DNA of 26,311 nucleotides from Calditrichia bacterium. GTDB taxonomy: Bacteria; Calditrichota; Calditrichia; RBG-13-44-9. The stretch is from positions 26,531-52,841 of the forward strand of contig JARRQT010000053.1 of assembly GCA_037381445.1 (NCBI GenBank). Reading direction: 5' to 3'. A program made the position numbers and the translations under genes. The notes below the pieces were generated by a model. The model was given only the letters and a program-made list of their open reading frames with translations. It made no database searches and was not told the DNA's origin. This document shows, in pieces, positions 20,142 through 26,311 of the stretch; position 1 is the stretch's first letter; each line of letters opens with the position of its first letter.

Positions 20142-22513
20142 TATTTTGCTCCTTCCAGTTCCTGCGAAGATTCTGCAATTTTGATTAAATTTGATATGTC
20201 GAGAATTAAGCTGATATCCCCATTTCCCAGGATGGCGCAGCCGGATACACCTTCCAGCTCCCCGATGAATTCGGGCATCGGCTTAATCACCAACTGTTTC
20301 TGTTCGATGAGTTCATCCGCAAACAGGCAGAGGGATTTTCCGCCATTTTCCACCAGTATCAGAATACCCTCCGTAAGATCTTTCTTCTCGCAATGGAGCT
20401 CGTGCAATTCGTGAATCCGGACCACCGGGAACAGCTTCTCCCGGATTTTAACCACCTCCTGGCCATCCACCATCCGCACCAGACTTTTGGAAAATACTTG
20501 CAATGACTCCTTGATATCCAGCATGGGGATGGCGTAGAGCGAATTGTGAACACGCACCAGCATGCCGTCAATGATTGCGGTCGTAAGGGGAATGCGCAGC
20601 AGGATTGTGGTTCCCTGGCCATCTTCACTTTTAACCTCAATTTTGCCCCTGATTTTTTCGATGTTCTTCTGCACCACATCCATGCCCACGCCGCGGCCGG
20701 AAATGTCGGTAATCTTTTCAGCGGTGGAGAAGCCGGGGGCAAAGATCAGGTTCCACACATTCTGATCGGACAAATCATCGCCATTTCCGGATATCAATCC
20801 CCGCTCGATAGCTTTGGCAAGAATCCGTTCCCGGTTGAGGCCTTGACCGTCGTCGCGGATGCTGATCCAGATTTCCCCTCCGACCTGGGTCGCTTCCAGG
20901 GTGATCTTTCCCACTTCCGGTTTTCCGGAATTTTTTCTTTTGTCCGATGGTTCAATGCCGTGATCCACGGAATTTCTGATAATGTGGACCAGCGGGTCGG
21001 AAATGTGCTCTATAACAGAACGATCGACTTCCGTTTCGCCGCCTTTAATTTCCAGCTCCACTTTCTTTTTGCTCTTATTGGACAGATCGCGCACCAGGCG
21101 GATCATTTTGCGAAAAAGCCCGCTGAGGGGGATCATTCGCATGGAGGTGGCAAGCTCCTGCAGTTCACGGATATTTTTCTGAAGATGCATCACCGATTTC
21201 TCAAAATCCGGCATGTCCCGCCCGACGATGTCGGGATGCTGCGATACCATGGACTCGGCAATGACGATCTCGCCCACCAGGTCCATCAGGGTATTCAGTT
21301 TGTAGACATCCACCCGAATGACCTCGTTGGTGCCGTTTGATTTTGACCCGCCGCTGTTGCTTCTGGAAAGGCTGCCGGGGGCTGCCGTTTCCCTGGCGCG
21401 GCTCTCTGCGGCGGTTGGCCTATTAATAATTTTATCCGGAACCGTTTGAGGTCCCTGTTCTGTTTCCGGGGGAATATTATCTGCGATGGATTCTTCCTGC
21501 GCAGGAGTTTCCGCTTCAGTTTCGGCAAGAGATACATCGTCCTGTTCCCCGGCATCACCGATCACCAGGAAGTCCGTCATAAGGTCCATTACCCCGGCCT
21601 TGCCGGCAATTTTGGGAGAGCCGCCCTTATTCAGATTATTGACCGCTGTGGACAGGAAATCGAGGATTTGCAGCAGAATGGAAAACTGTTCCGATTCCGC
21701 CTGTATGCGCCCGTTTCGCACCTCATCGAGGAATGATTCGGCACGGTGGCAAATCTGTGAAATATCCAGGCAGCCAAAAAAACCGGCGTTACCCTTTAGG
21801 CTGTGCAATCCGCGGAAGGCGCTTTCGATCAGGTCGGGATTTGCCGGCTCCTTTTCCAGCGAAAGCAGGTCCTGCTCCAGACCTTCCAGCAGTTCACGGG
21901 AATCCTGAACAAACTGCTTGATCATTTCGGGGGTGATCAGGTTCTCCAGTTCGGATTGATCAGCGGACTGGACCGGATTTTCTTCCTTCTCAGGTACGGT
22001 GCTTTTGGGAGCGGACGTTTTCTTTTTGGATTTTGGTTTTTTCTTTTTTTCATTCGCCGACTCTCCTGAATCCCGGGCGATGAGTTCTTTGAGCTGCTCA
22101 ACAAAATCTTCCGCCTTTTCCTCAAACCCGGCTTCGCTGAAATTCTCTTTGATGTGATCGAGCAGATTTATGAAGAAATCGCACAACTCCAGAAAAACAT
22201 CAACGTGTTCTTTGGTCAGTGAAATTTTTTCCTTTCGGATCAGGTCAAGAAGTGTTTCGGCCTGGTGAGTCACCGAACTGGTCAGATTCAGCCCGATGAA
22301 ACTGGCGCTTCCCTTTATGGAATGAAAAACCCGGAAAATCTTGTTGATTAATCCAGTATCGACGGTATCGAGCTCGAAGAAATTGTCTTCCATTTCAATG
22401 AGCAGGGGTTCAATTTCTTCAATCGATTCTTTGCTTTCTGCAATAAAGTCATTAAATATTTCGCGATCTTCACTCGTGAGATTGAGTGGTGTGGTATTAA
22501 ACTGTCCCTTCAT
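20141..22513 (-). CDS. cheA: Chemotaxis histidine kinase CheA with tandem HPt domains
   Basis: FRVFHSIKG and FRGLHSLKG HPt motifs, dimerization domain (IRVDVYKLNTLMDLVGEIVI), HIIRNSVDHGIE, DDGQG, GFST, SGRGVGMDVV, C-terminal CheW-like domain. Confidence 0.97.
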   Translation of the reverse strand: MKGQFNTTPLNLTSEDREIFNDFIAESKESIEEIEPLLIEMEDNFFELDTVDTGLINKIFRVFHSIKGSASFIGLNLTSSVTHQAETLLDLIRKEKISLTKEHVDVFLELCDFFINLLDHIKENFSEAGFEEKAEDFVEQLKELIARDSGESANEKKKKPKSKKKTSAPKSTVPEKEENPVQSADQSELENLITPEMIKQFVQDSRELLEGLEQDLLSLEKEPANPDLIESAFRGLHSLKGNAGFFGCLDISQICHRAESFLDEVRNGRIQAESEQFSILLQILDFLSTAVNNLNKGGSPKIAGKAGVMDLMTDFLVIGDAGEQDDVSLAETEAETPAQEESIADNIPPETEQGPQTVPDKIINRPTAAESRARETAAPGSLSRSNSGGSKSNGTNEVIRVDVYKLNTLMDLVGEIVIAESMVSQHPDIVGRDMPDFEKSVMHLQKNIRELQELATSMRMIPLSGLFRKMIRLVRDLSNKSKKKVELEIKGGETEVDRSVIEHISDPLVHIIRNSVDHGIEPSDKRKNSGKPEVGKITLEATQVGGEIWISIRDDGQGLNRERILAKAIERGLISGNGDDLSDQNVWNLIFAPGFSTAEKITDISGRGVGMDVVQKNIEKIRGKIEVKSEDGQGTTILLRIPLTTAIIDGMLVRVHNSLYAIPMLDIKESLQVFSKSLVRMVDGQEVVKIREKLFPVVRIHELHELHCEKKDLTEGILILVENGGKSLCLFADELIEQKQLVIKPMPEFIGELEGVSGCAILGNGDISLILDISNLIKIAESSQELEGAK

Positions 22514-22587
22514 TTAAAACTCTCTTTTTCGTCCCTGAATCAATTCCCGTAAATTATCCATCATCCGACAGAATCAGCATGTATCTA

Positions 22588-22615
22588 TTTTCGATACGAT
22601 CATGCAAATTCTTTA
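22588..22615 (-). promoter_or_regulatory. Possible sigma28 promoter upstream of cheA
   Basis: Minus strand TAAAG...ATCGAAAA (TAAA-N16-ATCGAAAA), 75 nt upstream of the cheA ATG. Confidence 0.5.
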
Positions 22616-22689
22616 GCAATGTATTCAAAAAACCGGAAAATAAAATCCCGGCCCGCGGCCGTTGGCGGTTCTAAATGATACAAGGATGC

Positions 22690-22718
22690 TTGCGCAAGGT
22701 TATTTTAAAATGTATTTT
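22690..22718 (+). promoter_or_regulatory. Possible sigma70 promoter for the sensor kinase
   Basis: TTGCGC-N17-TATTTT ending 6 nt before ATG 22725. Confidence 0.4.
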
Positions 22719-22724
22719 ACGGTC

Positions 22725-24749
22725 ATGAAAAGGAATTTGGCCCAACAGCTTCAGTTTGTGAAGGCACGGCATCTGATTTTCATATTTCTGGGCATGGCAG
22801 TTTTAATGGTGGCTTCGGCCCTGGTGGAGCTTCATCAGAGCAAAAAGGAACTGCTCGATTTAATGCGGCAGCAGGCCCATACGCTTTCCGAAACCATGCT
22901 CATGGCATCCCGGAATACCCTGCGCACCAATCTGGTTGTGGAAAATCTGATCGATGAGCGGCTTCTCACAAATGCCAATGATATCCGCAGGATATATGAA
23001 AGCGGAAAAATGACCAACCGGTTTTTGCGAAATTATATCAGCGAGAATGATCTCTACCGGATTAACATTTTCAATTCGAAGGGGCAGAAAATTTACAGCA
23101 GCCAGCCGGAAATCCACACCGGGCTGGAAGAGCAGAAAAATCCTGCTGAAATACTGCAGCCTATTTTCAGCGGGAAAGCAGACACCTTGTTTCTGGGGCT
23201 CAGTGTGGCGCGGTTTCAGTCCGGTTTTCGTTACGCGGTGGCCATCGCGGCCAGGAACCGCAGCGCAATTGTGGTAAATCTGAACGCCGACCAGCTGCTG
23301 AAATTTCGTCGTGAAATCGGTTTCGGGAGCCTTCTGCAGAGGATGGCCGCCAATCCCGGAATTCTCTATTCCGCTTTGCAGGATACTTCCGGGATTATCG
23401 CGGCGTCCGGAAATGTCCGCGAACTGGAGCGCATCAATGATTCCCGCTTTTTATACAGTGCGCTGACCGATTCCCTGTTCAGCACCCGTATCACTGCCTT
23501 CGATTCCATACAGGTCTTTGAGGCGGCGGAGCCTTTCTATTATGAGGGCCGCTCCATCGGGCTGTTCCGTCTGGGCCTCTCGCTGCAGCCCCTGGATGCG
23601 ATCAATTCAAGAATTTACCGGCGGATCATCATTATCAGCATCATTCTTTTCGTGGTCGGATTCATGCTCTTTACCTTTTTAATGGTGCGGCAAAACCTGG
23701 ACATCATGAACCGCCAGTACCAGGTAGTGGAAACCTATTCCCGCAATATTATTCAGAATGTGAGCGATGGAATTATCGTGCATAATGAGGAGCAGGGGAT
23801 TCAGGTATTCAATCAGGCCGCCGAGCAGTTGTTTGGCCTCAAAACGGAAGAGGCGCTGGGTAGTACATTAGGATCGCTTTTCGAGGATGAGGCCTGTGCC
23901 AAACTCCTGGACAGCTCCTTCGCCATGCAGGAGATGGAGTGCACAATCAAAGGAGAGAAGAAATTTCTGCTGGTATCCAAAAATCCTTACCGGAATGTTA
24001 ACGAAGAGATCTCCGCTATTTTTGTCATCCGGGATTTGACCGAGCAGAAGCGCCTGGAAGGTCAAATCCAGCGCCGGGAGCGGCTGGCCGCGCTGGGTCA
24101 GCTTGCCAGCGGGGTGGCCCACGAAATACGCAATCCCCTCAATGCCATAGGCACTATCGTCCAGCAGCTTGACCGGGATTTCGAGCCCGTCAGCGAAAGC
24201 GAAGAATACCACCAGTTGTCGGGAATTGTCTATCAGGAAGTAAAACGGATAAATAAGACCATCGAAAATTTTCTGCGCTTTGCCCGTCCCGAACCGCTCA
24301 AAACCGCGCAGTTTGATATCCGGGAATTCTTCTCCGGCCTCAAAAAACAATACGGTGCGTTGACGAACCAGAACGGGATCGGATTTAATATTGATCTGCT
24401 GTGGGAAGGAGAGGTCACCTGGGACCGGCAAAAAATGCAGCAGGTACTGGTCAATCTGATGCAAAATTCAATGGACGTTCTGAAAGCGGGCGGGGAGGTT
24501 AGGATCATGGTCCGTAAAATACAGGAGCATCTGCTCGAAATCCGTTTTCAGGACAACGGGCCGGGAATTCCTCCCGAGATTCTCAAAAAAATATTTAATC
24601 TATATTTTACTACCAAAGCGCAGGGGACCGGGATCGGCCTGAGTATTGTGCAGAGAATTGTGGACCAGCACGGGGGGATCATTTCCGTGGACAGTTCTCC
24701 GGGCAAGGGAACCAGCTTCAATATCACGATACCCGAAAAGGTTCTGTAA
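22725..24749 (+). CDS. Membrane sensor histidine kinase (periplasmic domain, PAS, HisKA, HATPase), NtrB/ZraS/AtoS-like
   Basis: Two TM segments, PAS domain (SDGIIV..FNQAAEQLFG), AHEIRNPL, NLMQNS, DNGPG, YFTTK and GTGIGL motifs. Start uncertain: 22662, 22686, 22710 or 22725. Confidence 0.92.
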   Translation: MKRNLAQQLQFVKARHLIFIFLGMAVLMVASALVELHQSKKELLDLMRQQAHTLSETMLMASRNTLRTNLVVENLIDERLLTNANDIRRIYESGKMTNRFLRNYISENDLYRINIFNSKGQKIYSSQPEIHTGLEEQKNPAEILQPIFSGKADTLFLGLSVARFQSGFRYAVAIAARNRSAIVVNLNADQLLKFRREIGFGSLLQRMAANPGILYSALQDTSGIIAASGNVRELERINDSRFLYSALTDSLFSTRITAFDSIQVFEAAEPFYYEGRSIGLFRLGLSLQPLDAINSRIYRRIIIISIILFVVGFMLFTFLMVRQNLDIMNRQYQVVETYSRNIIQNVSDGIIVHNEEQGIQVFNQAAEQLFGLKTEEALGSTLGSLFEDEACAKLLDSSFAMQEMECTIKGEKKFLLVSKNPYRNVNEEISAIFVIRDLTEQKRLEGQIQRRERLAALGQLASGVAHEIRNPLNAIGTIVQQLDRDFEPVSESEEYHQLSGIVYQEVKRINKTIENFLRFARPEPLKTAQFDIREFFSGLKKQYGALTNQNGIGFNIDLLWEGEVTWDRQKMQQVLVNLMQNSMDVLKAGGEVRIMVRKIQEHLLEIRFQDNGPGIPPEILKKIFNLYFTTKAQGTGIGLSIVQRIVDQHGGIISVDSSPGKGTSFNITIPEKVL

Positions 24750-24830
24750 TGATTGATTTTGATAAATGTTGCATGATGGCTATTTGCGCATGACAAATTA
24801 TCTTTTGAAATAAACTGGCAGGTTCATTCC

Positions 24831-26201
24831 ATGAATATGAAACAGATGTCGATCCTCATTATTGATGATGAAGAAGCGCAGCTCAAATCGCTGGAGAGCT
24901 TTCTGAAACGCAGAGGCTTTCAGATTTATACCGCGAATAGCGGGCCGGAAGGACACAAGCTGGCGCAGAACAATACCATCGATCTGGTGCTCACCGATTT
25001 CCGCATGCCGGAGTGGAACGGATTTGCCGTCCTGCGCAAAATGAAGGAGCTGAATCCGGAAGTGGATGTGGTGGTCATCACCGCCTACGGCAGCGTGGAG
25101 GACGCCGTGGAAGTCATGAAAGCCGGGGCCTATGATTATCTGACCAAGCCCATCGACCTGGACGAACTTGAGAATCTGATTCAGCGGGTGCGCGAGAAAC
25201 GGCTGCTGATCGCCGAAAACAAGCTGTTAAAGCAGAATCTGCAGGAGAAATTCAAATTCGAATCCATTATTTCGCAGAGCGGGGAAATGGAAGAAGTCCT
25301 GAATACTGCCGGACGGGTAGCCGCCAGCAAGGCGTCCGTTTTGATCCGGGGAGAGAGCGGCACGGGGAAGGAGCTGGTGGCGCGGGCCATTCATTACGCC
25401 AGTCCCCGCTGCGAAAAGCCTTTTGTTATCGTGAATGTGGCCGCCCTGTCGGAGAGTTTGATAGAGAGCGAGCTGTTCGGCCATGAGAAGGGTTCCTTCA
25501 CCGGCGCTTCGCAACAGCATACCGGGCGCTTTGAACAGGCCCATGAGGGAACGCTTTTTATCGACGAAGTAGGGGATATTCCGCTGCCGGTGCAGGTGAA
25601 ACTGCTGCGTGCCATACAGTTTGGGGAAATACAGCGCATTGGGGGGACGCAGCCGATCAAGGTAAATGTGAGGATCCTGGCCGCTACCCACCGGGATCTG
25701 GAGGAGATGCTGAAGAGCGGCGGTTTCCGGGACGATCTCTACTACCGGCTGAACGTTGTGACTATTCAGGTGCCTCCTCTTCGCAAACGAAAGACAGACA
25801 TTCCACTGCTGGCGGATTACTTCATCGAAAAATATGCCGGGGAAAATGAAAAAGACGTGCAGGGTCTGACGCGGGAAGCGCTCGATCAGTTAATGAAATA
25901 TGATTTCCCGGGAAATGTGCGGGAGCTGGAAAATATTATAGAACGGGCGGTGGTGCTGTGCCGCGGTGACTACATCGCCAGCGAAGATCTGCCCGTTCAG
26001 CTAAAAACCATACCGGAAAAATCTGTTCTCGATCCCTATAACCTGGAAGCGGATTACGAGGAAAAGATGCACACCTTCGAGAAAGAGATGGTATTGAAGG
26101 CGCTGGAACTGAACGCCGGGAATCAGAGCGCCGCGGCCCGCACCCTGGGCATTACGGAAAGGCATTTAAGGTCGCGCCTGGAAAAGCTGGGACTTAAATA
26201 A
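24831..26201 (+). CDS. Sigma54-dependent response regulator (NtrC family: REC + AAA+ + Fis-type HTH)
   Basis: REC domain, GESGTGKE, ESELFGHEKGSFTGA, FIDEV, FRDDLYYRLNV, FPGNVREL and GNQSAAARTLGI motifs. Confidence 0.96.
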   Translation: MNMKQMSILIIDDEEAQLKSLESFLKRRGFQIYTANSGPEGHKLAQNNTIDLVLTDFRMPEWNGFAVLRKMKELNPEVDVVVITAYGSVEDAVEVMKAGAYDYLTKPIDLDELENLIQRVREKRLLIAENKLLKQNLQEKFKFESIISQSGEMEEVLNTAGRVAASKASVLIRGESGTGKELVARAIHYASPRCEKPFVIVNVAALSESLIESELFGHEKGSFTGASQQHTGRFEQAHEGTLFIDEVGDIPLPVQVKLLRAIQFGEIQRIGGTQPIKVNVRILAATHRDLEEMLKSGGFRDDLYYRLNVVTIQVPPLRKRKTDIPLLADYFIEKYAGENEKDVQGLTREALDQLMKYDFPGNVRELENIIERAVVLCRGDYIASEDLPVQLKTIPEKSVLDPYNLEADYEEKMHTFEKEMVLKALELNAGNQSAAARTLGITERHLRSRLEKLGLK

Positions 26202-26311
26202 ACTAAGTATCCCGGCATCCATCGCCTTTTTATTCCCTGCCGGCAAAAAATCAAATTGAGTGACCGGCTGTTCTCACCGGGATTTGACACTCCTATCTCC
26301 TGTTTCCCAAT

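Overview
Bacterial chromosomal window from a Gram-negative organism. The gene complement and style suggest Calditrichota or a deltaproteobacterium-like lineage, but this is a guess. The left half has housekeeping genes: an atypical metK, a REC-DUF4388(PATAN)-Roadblock response regulator, a DUF1015 protein, a PpiD/SurA-type chaperone, an archease-rtcB RNA ligase pair, and a lipid A acyltransferase (LpxL family) broken by an apparent deletion/frameshift near 8244. The right half is a 13.3 kb minus-strand chemosensory cluster: cheA (two HPt domains), cheW, a secreted YfiR-like protein, an MCP with a CHASE8/YfiN-like sensor, an MCP with a heme-c CxxCH sensor, cheR, cheB, cheD, an HDOD protein, cheY, cheX and a cheZ-like gene. 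A divergent sensor kinase and sigma54 activator pair follows. The best candidate for an undescribed system is a YfiR/YfiN-type periplasmic protein-sensing module wired to a chemoreceptor instead of a diguanylate cyclase. Four sigma28-like promoter motifs also link the che cluster to the distant REC-PATAN-Roadblock gene. All domain calls were made by eye from motifs; no database searches were run. No rRNA, tRNA, CRISPR array or mobile element was recognised.
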